Source of the DNA: Spirochaetota bacterium
GTDB lineage: Bacteria > Spirochaetota > UBA4802 > UBA5550
Direction of reading: 5' to 3'
Assembly: GCA_963663865.1 (NCBI GenBank)
Contig: OY760686.1
Span: forward strand, 160,001 to 224,000
DNA length: 64,000 nucleotides
The notes under the pieces were generated by a model. The model did not search any database. It was not told the DNA's origin and was given only the letters and a program-made list of their open reading frames with translations. This document shows positions 40,066 through 50,907 of this stretch, piece after piece. The first letter of the stretch is position 1. The number at the start of each line of letters is the position of its first letter. Position numbers and translations under genes: made by a program.

Positions 40066-41103
40066 ATGGGACTTACATACATGGATTCAGGGGTCAATGT
40101 TGAAGGCGGCAACAGGTTTGTTAAGAAAATTGCTCCTTTTGTAAAAGACACCTTTTCAGAAAGGGTCATTACGGACATCGGGGGATTTGGCGCGCTTTTT
40201 TCCGCGGCCTTTCCTGAGATGAAGGAACCTGTCCTCGTTTCGGGCACCGACGGAGTGGGAACAAAACTTCAAATTGCCCGTATGCTCAAAAAGCATGACA
40301 CCATCGGCATTGACGCGGTTGCCATGTGCGTTAACGATATCGTCGTATCAGGCGCGGCGCCGCTGTTCTTCCTCGACTATATATCCTGCGGCCGTCTACA
40401 GGAAGATGTCCTGGTTGACGTAGTCAAAGGCATCGCTGACGGCTGCAAGATTTCGGGATGCAGCCTTGTCGGAGGCGAAACCGCCGAGCATCCCGGTGTA
40501 ATGCCGGACAACGACTACGACATTGCCGGCTTCGCGGTAGGCGTTGTAGACAGGCAAAAGATCATCAACGGCTCTGCCATTAAACCCGGAAACGCAGTCA
40601 TTGGGATAGCGTCAAGCGGCATTCATTCAAACGGCTACTCAATGGTCAGAAAGCTTTTTCTTGAACTCAGGAAGACCGACCTCTCTTCGGTTCCGGCCGG
40701 ATGGGACAGAAATCTTGGCGAGACGCTTCTTGCGCCTACCCGCATTTATGTTAAGAGCATTCTGAATGCTCTGTCCGAAAAAGTCCAGATCAACGGCCTT
40801 GTTCACATAACAGGAGGCGGATTCTATGAGAACATTCCCCGGGTACTTCCGGACGGGATATCGGTGAGGATAAATACTGAATCATTTTCGATGCCGGGGG
40901 TGTTTAAGCTTATTCAGTCAGAGGGCGGCATAAGCGACAGAGAAATGTACACCACCTTCAACATGGGCATCGGCATGATGGCTTTTGTTCCCGCGGAGCA
41001 GGCTGACACGGCGCTTGAATCGTTCAGGGCTTCAGGCGAAGAGGCCTTCCTCATCGGGGAAACAGTTGCGGGCGCTGACGAAAGGGTCATCCTTCACAAA
41101 TAG
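40066..41103 (+). CDS. purM: Phosphoribosylformylglycinamidine cyclo-ligase
   Basis: TDGVGTK, AMCVND, GGETAE, SSGIHSNG, HITGGG, TFNMGIG. Confidence 0.98.
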   Translation: MGLTYMDSGVNVEGGNRFVKKIAPFVKDTFSERVITDIGGFGALFSAAFPEMKEPVLVSGTDGVGTKLQIARMLKKHDTIGIDAVAMCVNDIVVSGAAPLFFLDYISCGRLQEDVLVDVVKGIADGCKISGCSLVGGETAEHPGVMPDNDYDIAGFAVGVVDRQKIINGSAIKPGNAVIGIASSGIHSNGYSMVRKLFLELRKTDLSSVPAGWDRNLGETLLAPTRIYVKSILNALSEKVQINGLVHITGGGFYENIPRVLPDGISVRINTESFSMPGVFKLIQSEGGISDREMYTTFNMGIGMMAFVPAEQADTALESFRASGEEAFLIGETVAGADERVILHK

Positions 41104-41105
41104 CT

Positions 41106-42668
41106 TCATGAGAATCTGCGGGCGATTGCATCTGCTGCCCGAATTCCGTCTGTCGCGGAACTTACAATTCCGCCCGCGTACCCGGAGCCTTCTCCTGCCG
41201 GATAGAGCCCTGAGATCGAACATGACTCCAGGGCTTCGTTTCTTACAACCCTTACGGGCGAGGATGTACGTGTCTCCGCTCCAATCAGTACAGCCTCGCT
41301 GCTTATGAATCCGCGCATTTTCCTGTTAAAAGCCGTAAGCGCCATTTTCAGCTCAGCGGCCATCCATTTCGGCAGAAAAGTCATTTCCGATTCAGCGGTT
41401 CCAGGCCTGTACGTGTTTTCCGGCAGCCCTGCGCCGTACTTGCCTGACAGAAAGCTGCTGACCCTCGCCGCGGGGGCCCTGTAATTGCCGCCCCCCTGAT
41501 TGTATGCCTCAGTCTCTATTTTCCTTTGCAGCTCAATCCCGGCCAGAACATCATCCCCCAGATCTTCAGGATGGACTGTGACCACAATGGCCGAGTTGGA
41601 ATATTCGCCGGCCCTGTCAGAAAAGCTCATGCCGTTGACACAGAGCATCCTGTTCTCCGACGAGGAGTTTATGACTCTGCCGCCCGGGCACATGCAGAAC
41701 GAGTACACTCCCCTGCCGCTTTTCACGTTTCTATATGTCAGAGAGTATTCGGCGGGCGGCAATATATTCCTGTAAGAGCTGCGCCCGTACTGTATGTCAC
41801 GAATGAGCTCAGCGGGATGCTCAATCCTCACACCGGCAGCAAACCCTTTCTTTTCAAGACGCACATTCAGCTTCCGCAGCATTGCGAAAACATCTCTCGC
41901 TGAATGTCCTGCCGCCAGAACAACGCTCTCTGCCTTAATCTCAGCTCCGGACGACAACCTTACTCCACGGACAGCTCCATTACAGACAAGAATATCATCC
42001 ACCCTTGAATTAAAATGAATCTCAGAGCCGGAATCAACAATGTGAGTTCTTATACGCTGTACTATTTGTGAAAGAACATCGGTTCCGATATGGGGCTTTG
42101 CCTCATACGCGATTGAAGAAGGGGCGCCGAACTGAATCATCCTGCTGAAAAACCATGCGCTCTCGGTACGCCGTGCCCTCGCTGTCAGCTTCCCGTCTGA
42201 GTAAGTTCCGGCACCGCCTTCTCCAAAAAGAACATTGCTTTCGGTGTTTAATATGCCGCCGCTCTCAAGCTGCCTGATATCAAGACTCCTCTCTTCAACC
42301 GGCCTGCCTCTTTCAAACACTATGACTTTCAGCCCGGCTTCAATGAGGCGCAAAGCGCAGAAGAGTCCCGCGGGCCCCGCTCCGACAACAACTACAGGCG
42401 CACGGCTCGCCGCTTTCGGAGCTTCGGAAAGCTCCTCCTCTGCAGCCGGTTCCACACCGGCAGTACCGGGTTTATAATCCGACTCTTTCATTTCGACAGT
42501 CACTGTGCAGACATAGTGTATATCGCCTTTGTCGCGGGCGTCGAGTGACTTCCTGATCATTTTCAGATTCGAGAACCATGCCCCGTCAAGACGCTCTCTT
42601 ACTGTATTCCGTATTTCTTCCTCTCCCTTATCGGGCGGAAGCTTTAATCCGGACAACTTAACTAACAT
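41106..42668 (-). CDS. Uncharacterised FAD-dependent dehydrogenase
   Basis: GAGPAG, FGEGGAGTYSDGKL, FCMCPGG, ETRTSSP, GEGSGYAGGI; start set at ATG 42668. Confidence 0.88.
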   Translation of the reverse strand: MLVKLSGLKLPPDKGEEEIRNTVRERLDGAWFSNLKMIRKSLDARDKGDIHYVCTVTVEMKESDYKPGTAGVEPAAEEELSEAPKAASRAPVVVVGAGPAGLFCALRLIEAGLKVIVFERGRPVEERSLDIRQLESGGILNTESNVLFGEGGAGTYSDGKLTARARRTESAWFFSRMIQFGAPSSIAYEAKPHIGTDVLSQIVQRIRTHIVDSGSEIHFNSRVDDILVCNGAVRGVRLSSGAEIKAESVVLAAGHSARDVFAMLRKLNVRLEKKGFAAGVRIEHPAELIRDIQYGRSSYRNILPPAEYSLTYRNVKSGRGVYSFCMCPGGRVINSSSENRMLCVNGMSFSDRAGEYSNSAIVVTVHPEDLGDDVLAGIELQRKIETEAYNQGGGNYRAPAARVSSFLSGKYGAGLPENTYRPGTAESEMTFLPKWMAAELKMALTAFNRKMRGFISSEAVLIGAETRTSSPVRVVRNEALESCSISGLYPAGEGSGYAGGIVSSATDGIRAADAIARRFS

Positions 42669-42962
42669 TGATGCCCACCTTTCTATCAGACCTGGGGCAT
42701 GCCCCGGTCTGGATATCATATTTGAGAGCCGCCCGATATCAATCACAATTATTCGGATATCTTCTCTCAGTTCCACGGTTAAATATTGACAAATCCCCGA
42801 CTAATATCGTAGAAATTAAGTATAGATGGTTTACATATTATCAGCATTTTTCTTTCTGCCTGTAGTTCGATAATCGATTTGCAGGATCGGACATTACGGC
42901 GGAATTATTACTGGACAAAAATATCCTGTATTAGATTTAGGAAGTTCAACTGGAGGCAAAAA

Positions 42963-43493
42963 ATGAAACAAATTGGAATAATACTTGGAAGCGATTCAGA
43001 CCTTCCTAAAATTAAAAACTGCTTCACTATACTCGAAGAGTTCGGTGTGGAGTTTGATCTTATAGTATCGTCTGCGCACAGAACACCTGAAAAGACGGTC
43101 GAATGGGTATCATCGGCAAGGGAGCGAGGCCTGAAGGTAATAATCGCCGGAGCAGGCGGAGCCGCCCATCTTCCGGGTGTTGTAGCGGCACACACGACAT
43201 TGCCGGTCCTCGGAATACCGATTGAGACCAAAATTGCTGGAGGCCTTGACTCAATGCTCTCCATCATTCAGATGCCAGCGGGGATTCCAGTAGCAGCCAT
43301 GCCCGCTGGGAGCGCCGGAGGCGCAAACGCGGCCCTTTTCGCCCTCAGCATCCTCTCCGTTGCCGACAGCGGAATCGCCGAAAAGCTTTCACGTTACAGG
43401 AAGTCCATGGCAGAAAAGATAGCAGCAAAAAACGACGAGCTCAACAGCCTTGGTTACAAAGAATATATAAGCAGATTAGAAGGCGGAAAATGA
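42963..43493 (+). CDS. purE: N5-CAIR mutase
   Basis: GSDSD, SAHRTP, AGAGGAAHLPG, QMPAG. Confidence 0.97.
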   Translation: MKQIGIILGSDSDLPKIKNCFTILEEFGVEFDLIVSSAHRTPEKTVEWVSSARERGLKVIIAGAGGAAHLPGVVAAHTTLPVLGIPIETKIAGGLDSMLSIIQMPAGIPVAAMPAGSAGGANAALFALSILSVADSGIAEKLSRYRKSMAEKIAAKNDELNSLGYKEYISRLEGGK

Positions 43494-45055
43494 TAGAACA
43501 TAATATCGATATACCTTCAGAGCGCATAATCATACTTGATTTCGGTTCTCAGTACACCCAGCTTATAGCGAGACGTATTCGCGAAGAGAAGGTCTATGCT
43601 GAAATAGTCCCGTTCAACCATCCGGTCGCGGAGATCAGAAAGGAAAAGCCAGCCGGGATCATTCTGTCAGGCGGACCGTCCTCAATTTATGAGAGCGGAG
43701 CCCCTCAGGTCTCTGATGAGATTTTCAATCTCGGTGTTCCGGTGCTCGGAATATGCTACGGTCTATACGTTGTCGTAAACAACTTCAAGGGCTCAATTGA
43801 AAAGGCCGCTTCGAGAGAATACGGCCCGGCAACCATCTCAATAACAGGTTCATCCCCCCTGTTCAAAGGGCTTAAAATGAAGGAAAAGGTCTGGATGAGC
43901 CATGGGGACAAGGTAACAAAGCTCCCGTCCGGATTTAACATCGCGGGGGCCTCCGGCAACGCCGAAATAGCCGCGATTGAAAATGAGAAAAAAAAGGTAT
44001 ACGGTGTTCAGTTCCATCCGGAAGTCCATCACACTACTAATGGGAAGAAACTGCTGAAAAACTTCGTTTTCAACATCTGCGGCCTGAAGCCTACCTGGAC
44101 CATGAAGTCTTTTATAGACTCTTCAGTTGAATCCATCAGGAAAGAGGTAGGCGGCGGGACAGTGCTTCTGGGACTGTCCGGCGGAGTTGATTCCTCAGTA
44201 ACGGCCATGCTCCTCCAGAAGGCCATCGGGGACAGGCTCTACTGTGTTTTTGTAAACAACGGCGTTCTCCGCAAAGACGAGGCCCGTCAGGTCGTAGACC
44301 GCTACTCAAAGCACATGAAGCTCAATCTGATTTACGTTGACGCGTCTGCGAGGTTTCTTAAAAAACTGCGCCGCGTACAGAACCCTGAGAAGAAGCGGCG
44401 TATAATAGGCAGGGAGTTCATCAAGGTATTCATGGAAGAAGCGGGCAAAATGGGACGCTTTGACTTTTTGGCGCAGGGAACGCTATATCCGGATGTCATC
44501 GAGTCGGTTTCAACCAAGGGCCCGTCTGAAACAATAAAGAGCCATCACAACAGGGTCCCCGAGGTCATGAAGCTCATCAGCACCGGAAAGGTCATTGAGC
44601 CGCTCAAAGAGCTGTTCAAAGACGAAGTCCGGGAGCTTGGGAAAACCATGGGCATGCCCGAAGAGCTCATCCGCCGTCAGCCCTTCCCCGGCCCCGGCCT
44701 GGCTATAAGGATTATCGGCGATGTAACCGCAGAAAGAGTGCGGATTCTTCAGGAGGCCGACGACATTGTTGTAAGCGAGATAAAGAAGGAGGGACTCTAC
44801 AACGAGCTCTGGCAGGTATTCGCCGTATTCCTTCCAGTAAAGTCAGTCGGCGTAATGGGAGACCAGAGGACCTATGAGAACGTCATAGCAGTCAGGGCCG
44901 TAACCTCAGTCGACGCCATGACGGCAGACTGGGCCTATTTGCCCGAGGAGCTGCTTCGCCGGATTTCGAACCGCATAATTAATGAGATCAAAGGAGTTAA
45001 CAGGGTCGTGCTCGACATTTCATCGAAGCCGCCTTCAACGATTGAGTGGGAATAA
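43490..45055 (+). CDS. guaA: GMP synthase (glutamine-hydrolysing)
   Basis: DFGSQY, GICYG, QFHPEV, SGGVDS, KPPSTIEWE. Confidence 0.99.
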   Translation: MIEHNIDIPSERIIILDFGSQYTQLIARRIREEKVYAEIVPFNHPVAEIRKEKPAGIILSGGPSSIYESGAPQVSDEIFNLGVPVLGICYGLYVVVNNFKGSIEKAASREYGPATISITGSSPLFKGLKMKEKVWMSHGDKVTKLPSGFNIAGASGNAEIAAIENEKKKVYGVQFHPEVHHTTNGKKLLKNFVFNICGLKPTWTMKSFIDSSVESIRKEVGGGTVLLGLSGGVDSSVTAMLLQKAIGDRLYCVFVNNGVLRKDEARQVVDRYSKHMKLNLIYVDASARFLKKLRRVQNPEKKRRIIGREFIKVFMEEAGKMGRFDFLAQGTLYPDVIESVSTKGPSETIKSHHNRVPEVMKLISTGKVIEPLKELFKDEVRELGKTMGMPEELIRRQPFPGPGLAIRIIGDVTAERVRILQEADDIVVSEIKKEGLYNELWQVFAVFLPVKSVGVMGDQRTYENVIAVRAVTSVDAMTADWAYLPEELLRRISNRIINEIKGVNRVVLDISSKPPSTIEWE

Positions 45056-45062
45056 AGATTTA

Positions 45063-45614
45063 ATGTTTCGGAATGTGATTATATCATTTCCGCTAACATG
45101 TCTTCTCGTATTTTCATGCTCTGGGAGTCGGGATAACATCAAACCCATGCCGCAGGGGCCTTACTGGGAAAAGTGCCCTCTCTGCAAAGGGACCGGCCGG
45201 GTTACGGAAACAAAAACTGTTCCGGATGCAGGTGACTACGATCTCGAAAAGGAAACCAGTCCTGTCGCAGAGGCAATCTCTCAGGCTTGCTGCCTGCTCT
45301 GGTTTCTCGCCGCTCTCGGGGAGCCCGATGAAAAGAATGACGAAAACATCTTCAAACAGGCCCGGAAGGACAAACACGGCATGCTCAATCCCGACGACAA
45401 GTTTTACCCCATGAGCGGCACGGACTACAATCTGTATAAATCGTCGGCGGTACCGCCGAGGTCCTCATCGACAAAGAAGGTCAGGTGCCCATGCTGCAAC
45501 GGGACAGGCTGGGTTGACAACAGCCCGCCCCGTACTCCGCTAATCTTCGACAGAAAGGCCAGAGGCAGCTCAATCTCAGTACCGGAAAGTCTTTTTTTTC
45601 AAAACGGACATTGA
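45063..45614 (+). CDS. Lipoprotein with two DnaJ-type CxxCxGxG motifs
   Basis: LVFSC lipobox; CPLCKGTG and CPCCNGTG. Confidence 0.6.
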   Translation: MFRNVIISFPLTCLLVFSCSGSRDNIKPMPQGPYWEKCPLCKGTGRVTETKTVPDAGDYDLEKETSPVAEAISQACCLLWFLAALGEPDEKNDENIFKQARKDKHGMLNPDDKFYPMSGTDYNLYKSSAVPPRSSSTKKVRCPCCNGTGWVDNSPPRTPLIFDRKARGSSISVPESLFFQNGH

Positions 45615-45685
45615 TTTTTTTGGCGGGGGGATAATGACCTTCCGCCTCCTCATTGCCCGCCGCTTACCCGGCCCTTCTGTTCAGT

Positions 45686-46900
45686 TTACAGGCAGGTTGA
45701 CTTGTGGCACGAGTCATCATCGTCTTCACCGGGCTTTTTTTTGCCCTGCATCGTTCCAATCATCATTACAATTATACAGATGAATATCACCTGTATAATA
45801 AGCGGCCTGTTGACGGTCTCCATCGCGTATTGTGCAGGAAGCGACACAAACAGCAGTACAGTGATAAGCCCCCTTGGCGCGACAAACAGGAAGGGATAAA
45901 CCGGTATCCTCAGCGCCTTGAGCGATATCCACCTTATTAGGAACATGAGGGCGGAAAGGCCGAAAGCCCATATAAGAGTTGATGTATTGAACAGCTCTGA
46001 AACATCAATTATGTAGCCGAACATAATAAAGAAAAGTGTCCTTATGATGAAAGTACCCTCGACTACGATTTCCCTGAAGCGCTCAGTTTCGGCCTCTATC
46101 AGATCAGGCCTGAAATATCGGAGCATCTTCATCTTCTTCAGACTTCCGATATTCCCAAGAAAAAGGCCAAGCAGCAGAATGTAAATCAGAGCGGGCAGGT
46201 GTATCTCCTTAAACAGAGTATATGTCAGAATAATGAGCACCATCATCGGGATGTACTTTATATGGTGCTCAATCCTTCGGAGAAATAGCATGAGCATGAG
46301 GGCCGCTATCGGCGACAGCAGAATAACCGCTATGACCTGAAGGCTGAAGTCACCAAATCCGGCAAGTCCAGAGGCAGAATTTACGAGGAGATAGTTGAAG
46401 AACACTACTCCGAGAATATCCGAAAAGCTGGTCTCATAGGTCACGAATTCCCTTTCAACCCTCTTCAGGTTTTTAACGCTCGGAATGGCCACCGCACTGC
46501 TGATTACCGCAAGAGGAATCGCGTTAAGCAGCGAGGTTCTCAGGTCGTAGGCCGCGTTGTAATTAAGTATTACCGCGGCGGCGGCGCAAAAAAGAGCCAT
46601 AGGCAGTACTGCCTGAAGAAACGACTTCTTTACGAGAGTAAGCCTGTTTCGATTAATCTCCAGGTCCATTGCCCCTTCAAGAACGATAAGTATAAGGCCT
46701 ACCGTTCCCGTAACGGGAAGTATATTGGTCAAATCTATCGTCTGAAACCCGAAAAAGACCGTGAGGTGCTTAAACAGAATACCAAGGGCAAGAAGAAGAA
46801 TAACCGAAGGTATTCTCGTCTTTGAAGCCGTCAGATCAAAAAAATACGCGGCAAGCAAAAGTACGCAAAGCGCAATAATTATCGCTGAAGTCATTATCAA
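45686..46900 (-). CDS. Cation:proton antiporter-like membrane protein
   Basis: IPSVILL, GLILIVLEG, SSAVAIP, ETSFSDILG, APRGLIT. Confidence 0.8.
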   Translation of the reverse strand: MIMTSAIIIALCVLLLAAYFFDLTASKTRIPSVILLLALGILFKHLTVFFGFQTIDLTNILPVTGTVGLILIVLEGAMDLEINRNRLTLVKKSFLQAVLPMALFCAAAAVILNYNAAYDLRTSLLNAIPLAVISSAVAIPSVKNLKRVEREFVTYETSFSDILGVVFFNYLLVNSASGLAGFGDFSLQVIAVILLSPIAALMLMLFLRRIEHHIKYIPMMVLIILTYTLFKEIHLPALIYILLLGLFLGNIGSLKKMKMLRYFRPDLIEAETERFREIVVEGTFIIRTLFFIMFGYIIDVSELFNTSTLIWAFGLSALMFLIRWISLKALRIPVYPFLFVAPRGLITVLLFVSLPAQYAMETVNRPLIIQVIFICIIVMMIGTMQGKKKPGEDDDDSCHKSTCL

Positions 46901-47988
46901 CCATTTCTTCTTTCAGAATCAATACTGCGAATCATATCTACAACCTTTCTGACATCCTGCGCCCGGTCCTTTGACATCACGAGTATCTCACCGCCGGCCT
47001 CAACAACCGTCACATTTTCAAGTCCGAGAACTGTGATCCTCGACGACTCGGAAAACACCGAACAGTCCGACGAATCCACAAACAGGGCCTTTCCCGGCTC
47101 CGGTGAACGGTTCCCGCCGGAGTCTCCCTCAAGAATGCTGTCAATTGACGGCCAGCTCCCAAGGTCGGTCCATCCAAAATCAGCGGGAACAAGCGACCGG
47201 TCAGCCGCCTTTTCAAGAATCCCATAGTCAATTGAGATTGATTCTATTGAGCTGAATATTTCCTTTTTCAGTTCGGCTGAGGGGCCTGATACGGCCTTAA
47301 TCTCCTCACGCCCGAGCTCCATCAATCCCCTGAATCTGTCCATGTGCCCGGGCATGAGCTCCTCAAAGTGTTTGAGTATTGTCGAGACCTTCCAGACGAA
47401 TATGCCGCTGTTCCAGAAAAAGCTGCCTGATGCAACATACTCACGGGCCTTCACAATATCAGGCTTCTCGACAAAGCGTTCAACCGGAAGAACCGAGCCG
47501 CTGCTTCCTTCATTTGCCTTTATGTATCCGAATCCAGTATCCGGATACGCGGGTTTCAGCCCTATCGTGACAAGCCCGCCCTTCTCAGCCTCAGCAACAG
47601 CTGTTTTCAGCGCGCCGGCATACGATTCTCTGTTACGTATATAGTGGTCTGCCGGCAAAACGACCATTACAGCGTCATCCTCAAACGAGTTGATGTACAC
47701 TGCAGCGTACAGGACGGCGGCAGCTGTGTTCTTCGGCTGCGGCTCGCAGAGTACCGAGCCTTCAATACCGTTTTTTTTGAGCTCATCCTCAGTGATGCTT
47801 CCATGCTTCTCTGAGGTTACAACCACTGTGTGTTCAGGATTAAGCGGCTGAAGCCTCCTTACTGTTTCAGCGAGAAGCGAACCTTCTCCGGAGAGGTTGT
47901 GAAACTGCTTCGGCTTATCATCACGGCTCATCGGCCAGAGACGTGTGCCGGCCCCGCCGGCCATTATGACAGGAATTGTCTTCATCAT
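46897..47988 (-). CDS. manC: Mannose-1-phosphate guanylyltransferase
   Basis: MAGGAGTRLWPMSR..KPKQF, PADH, FVEKP, WNSGIF, SIDYG, WTDLGSW. Confidence 0.93.
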   Translation of the reverse strand: MMKTIPVIMAGGAGTRLWPMSRDDKPKQFHNLSGEGSLLAETVRRLQPLNPEHTVVVTSEKHGSITEDELKKNGIEGSVLCEPQPKNTAAAVLYAAVYINSFEDDAVMVVLPADHYIRNRESYAGALKTAVAEAEKGGLVTIGLKPAYPDTGFGYIKANEGSSGSVLPVERFVEKPDIVKAREYVASGSFFWNSGIFVWKVSTILKHFEELMPGHMDRFRGLMELGREEIKAVSGPSAELKKEIFSSIESISIDYGILEKAADRSLVPADFGWTDLGSWPSIDSILEGDSGGNRSPEPGKALFVDSSDCSVFSESSRITVLGLENVTVVEAGGEILVMSKDRAQDVRKVVDMIRSIDSERRNG

Positions 47989-48956
47989 AAGCTGAAATCC
48001 CCCGACTCGTTAAACAGGAGCTTAAGCGGTTCCTTCTTGATTGAAGCGGGAAACTGTACCTGTGATTCGCCCTTCAGCCGGTAGCTGCCCTTGCCTTTTT
48101 TAAACGCGCTCAGAACTGACTTTGTCATGGAAAGAGTGCTGAACTCGCTTCTGACAGTAAGAACCGAGACACCGGCCTTTCTGCTTATCTCTTTAGTCGT
48201 CCCGTTGATAAGCTTTGTGCCGTTGACATCGAAATTGTAGTTAAGACTTTTAAAGTTGAACTCTGCCGCCGTGTCGTTTTTCATCTCGATATTGAACATC
48301 ACACTGAGCTTCAGATCGAGATCGTCAGGACTTATAACCTTCTTCGGCGTTTTCCCGGATATGATGTCGCTAAACATGCCCCTGATTTTTGAGGGACTCA
48401 CAGCCTTCTCTCCGGCCTCTTTCAATGCCTGTGCTATTTCCTTCTCGCTCGGAAGGTTCACCTTGAAGCCCGTAATTTTAATCGAGGGCCTGATAACTGG
48501 AATACGCTTTGTGAGCCTGTAATCAAAGCTCACTTTGTCTGAGAGCCCCGGTATTTTCGGAAGCGGTATGGTTATTTTCGTGTCAACCTGGCACAACAGG
48601 CTGTCTTTTTTCGTGTAATCTTTGACTATACCCGCGATATCAGAATACGACATGACGAGCCTCAGCGGTGTTCGTGCCGTGCCGCGTGATTTGACTTCGA
48701 GCCCCTTCGCTGCTGAGGTCTTCAGAAGGGGCTTATTCTCAAGAGACACATCGAATGCAACCGAATCAAGCTTCAGCGAAACCGGATACGGGTTGGATAT
48801 CTCTACGTCAAAAAGGAGTGTAATATCCTTCATGGATATGGATTCAATGTCAAAGGATGCAATTCTTGCGCTGGGCTTCTGTGTCAGTTTAAGCGACTGA
48901 CAGGATATGCCTCCAAAAACAAGAACAAGCGCCGGCAGTAACACAAGTTTTTTCAT
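47985..48956 (-). CDS. LEA type 2 / WHy-domain lipoprotein
   Basis: GISC lipobox; VEISNPYPVSL and a second related domain. Confidence 0.75.
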   Translation of the reverse strand: MKKLVLLPALVLVFGGISCQSLKLTQKPSARIASFDIESISMKDITLLFDVEISNPYPVSLKLDSVAFDVSLENKPLLKTSAAKGLEVKSRGTARTPLRLVMSYSDIAGIVKDYTKKDSLLCQVDTKITIPLPKIPGLSDKVSFDYRLTKRIPVIRPSIKITGFKVNLPSEKEIAQALKEAGEKAVSPSKIRGMFSDIISGKTPKKVISPDDLDLKLSVMFNIEMKNDTAAEFNFKSLNYNFDVNGTKLINGTTKEISRKAGVSVLTVRSEFSTLSMTKSVLSAFKKGKGSYRLKGESQVQFPASIKKEPLKLLFNESGDFSL

Positions 48957-49123
48957 CTGCTGTCTCCACTTATTAGTTATGATTCAGGTCTGTAATTTTG
49001 CGTGGTTAACAGGGTTTTCTGGTGCGCCATTAGAGCCGCAGCTTTCATCCCCCCGCGATAAATACGCATGCGAAGAACATAACGAAACAGCCGTAAAAGC
49101 GTCAAGAATAATCAGTCAGCCCG

Positions 49124-50389
49124 TCAATTGTTCAGAGCGGCCCGCAGAATATCATCCCTGCTTATCATGCCGCGGAAAAAACCGACTGAGTCAACAACAG
49201 GTATGCGTTTCATTGAATGTGAAGCCATTGTCTGAACAGCCGTCTCAACAGTCTCATCGGGGGAAATCACTATAGCGTCTTTTATCATAACATCCGAGGC
49301 CCTTTTGCCCATCAGCGCTGAATCAGGCGACAGACTCCCCTGAAGGCCCCTCTTGCTGAAATACCGCCTGATGCCGCTGTTTCTGTCAGAGAATACCCCG
49401 ATGAGGCTCCTGTCAGTTATCAGCCCGAGGAAGTGGCCATTATTGTCAGTGACAGCAACCCTCTGTGCCGAGTCTTCCGACATTATTCTCAGAACGGTTT
49501 CAACCGGGGTATCGGGCCTTGCAGTTCTCTGACTTTTAAGCATAATGTCGCCGACCCTGCAGCCCGGCTTTGCCGTAATTCCATCGCCCTCTAAAAGTTT
49601 GAAGCTGCCCGACTCCGAATTCACGGAGCAGATAATGTCGTATCGGGAAAGCATTCCGCTCACCCTTCCATCGGAAGACGTCACCGGCAGACGCTTGAGT
49701 CCAGACCTCAGCATAATATCTACCGCGCTTCCAAGCCTTATATTCTCATCTACGCATATTGGCGGGCTGCTCATTACCTCCTCAGCGGTCTTCTTCTCGA
49801 CAAAGCCCGCGGCGCCACCATTCTGAAGACTTTCGATCTCAGCGAGAAGCCCAAGCCTGACAGGCATACCGGCCCTGACAATTAAATCGGACTGTGTAAT
49901 TATACCGAGAGGGAAGCCCTTTTTGTCGACGACGGGAACTCCGTTAAACGGGGAATTAAGAAGAAGTTCAAGCACATCAGAGGCCTCTGCTTCGGGAGTA
50001 ACTGTTACGGGATTTCCGGTCATGACATCCCTCACCAGCATTCTTCGCGGAATAAGCCTGCTGTCTGCGCGGTGAGAGACCACATTGAGCTCTCTTACAG
50101 ACACAATGCCGTCTGACACTATCGAAGCAAGCTGCTCCACAAGACTTTCAGTGCTGCCGGAAGGTATTATTATCTCAATTTTCAGGGGCATGTTGTGAGA
50201 CAACACCTCAAGCCTTCCAGCTGATGCCTCGCCGTTTTCGTAGAGGGCAGCGCTCCCGGTATAGACTGTACATCTGCCGGCTGATCCGAGCTCCCTCACC
50301 CTTTTCATAATGACATCCTGCAGAGGCTGTCCCTCAACGCGGGCCTCCTGCGACGAGAAAACCTCAATCATGGTATAGGACAAGGGCAT
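49124..50389 (-). CDS. DUF190 plus multi-CBS domain protein
   Basis: LSHNMPLKIEII DUF190-like N-terminus; four CBS repeats (VRDVMT, AEEVMS, VGDIM, ASDVM); follows crcB. Confidence 0.85.
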   Translation of the reverse strand: MPLSYTMIEVFSSQEARVEGQPLQDVIMKRVRELGSAGRCTVYTGSAALYENGEASAGRLEVLSHNMPLKIEIIIPSGSTESLVEQLASIVSDGIVSVRELNVVSHRADSRLIPRRMLVRDVMTGNPVTVTPEAEASDVLELLLNSPFNGVPVVDKKGFPLGIITQSDLIVRAGMPVRLGLLAEIESLQNGGAAGFVEKKTAEEVMSSPPICVDENIRLGSAVDIMLRSGLKRLPVTSSDGRVSGMLSRYDIICSVNSESGSFKLLEGDGITAKPGCRVGDIMLKSQRTARPDTPVETVLRIMSEDSAQRVAVTDNNGHFLGLITDRSLIGVFSDRNSGIRRYFSKRGLQGSLSPDSALMGKRASDVMIKDAIVISPDETVETAVQTMASHSMKRIPVVDSVGFFRGMISRDDILRAALNN

Positions 50390-50402
50390 ATCACCACCTC
50401 GG

Positions 50403-50777
50403 TCAGATGTATTTCCCCGCGGCGTGCCCGGCAATGACAAGGGCAATGCCGGCGCCGTTGTTAAGCAGAATATTGACAAGGGCGGAAAGATGAACCCCCC
50501 CGCCTCCGGGATTTGCTGTTTCAAGCGCAAATGTTGAGAATGTGGTCAAAGCGCCCAGATATCCGGTTATGAAGAACATTCTGAATGCAGGACTCAACAT
50601 GCCCCGTTCAACTCCCAGAGAGAACAGGAACCCAATCAGAAAGCATCCGGCAAGATTCACTGCAAGCGTCCCGTACGGGAAGGCCGTTCCAAGCAGTCTT
50701 GCCGCCGCCATGGAAACGCCGTAGCGTGAAACGGCACCCAGTCCGCCTCCGATGAAAATCAGCGCCAATCTTTCCAA
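50403..50777 (-). CDS. crcB: Fluoride channel CrcB/FluC
   Basis: GGGLGAVSRY, GTLAVN, TGYLGALTTFSTF. Confidence 0.96.
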   Translation of the reverse strand: MERLALIFIGGGLGAVSRYGVSMAAARLLGTAFPYGTLAVNLAGCFLIGFLFSLGVERGMLSPAFRMFFITGYLGALTTFSTFALETANPGGGGVHLSALVNILLNNGAGIALVIAGHAAGKYI

Positions 50778-50907
50778 ACTCGCAACCTTCCGTGTTTTTC
50801 AGCTACCTGCCATGTACAAATAGCCAGGCACTCTAAAACAGCACTGTCAGCGTCAAAGCGCAAGCTTTTTTTAAGAGCATCGCCTTCGCGGTAAACTCAC
50901 TGCCAAT

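Noticed and set aside
50778-50907. Fluoride riboswitch upstream of crcB
   Set aside because: GGCAGTGAGTTTACC and GGCGATG resemble the 5' part, but I could not find the pseudoknot partner or the GCTRATGAC segment; needs an Infernal search.
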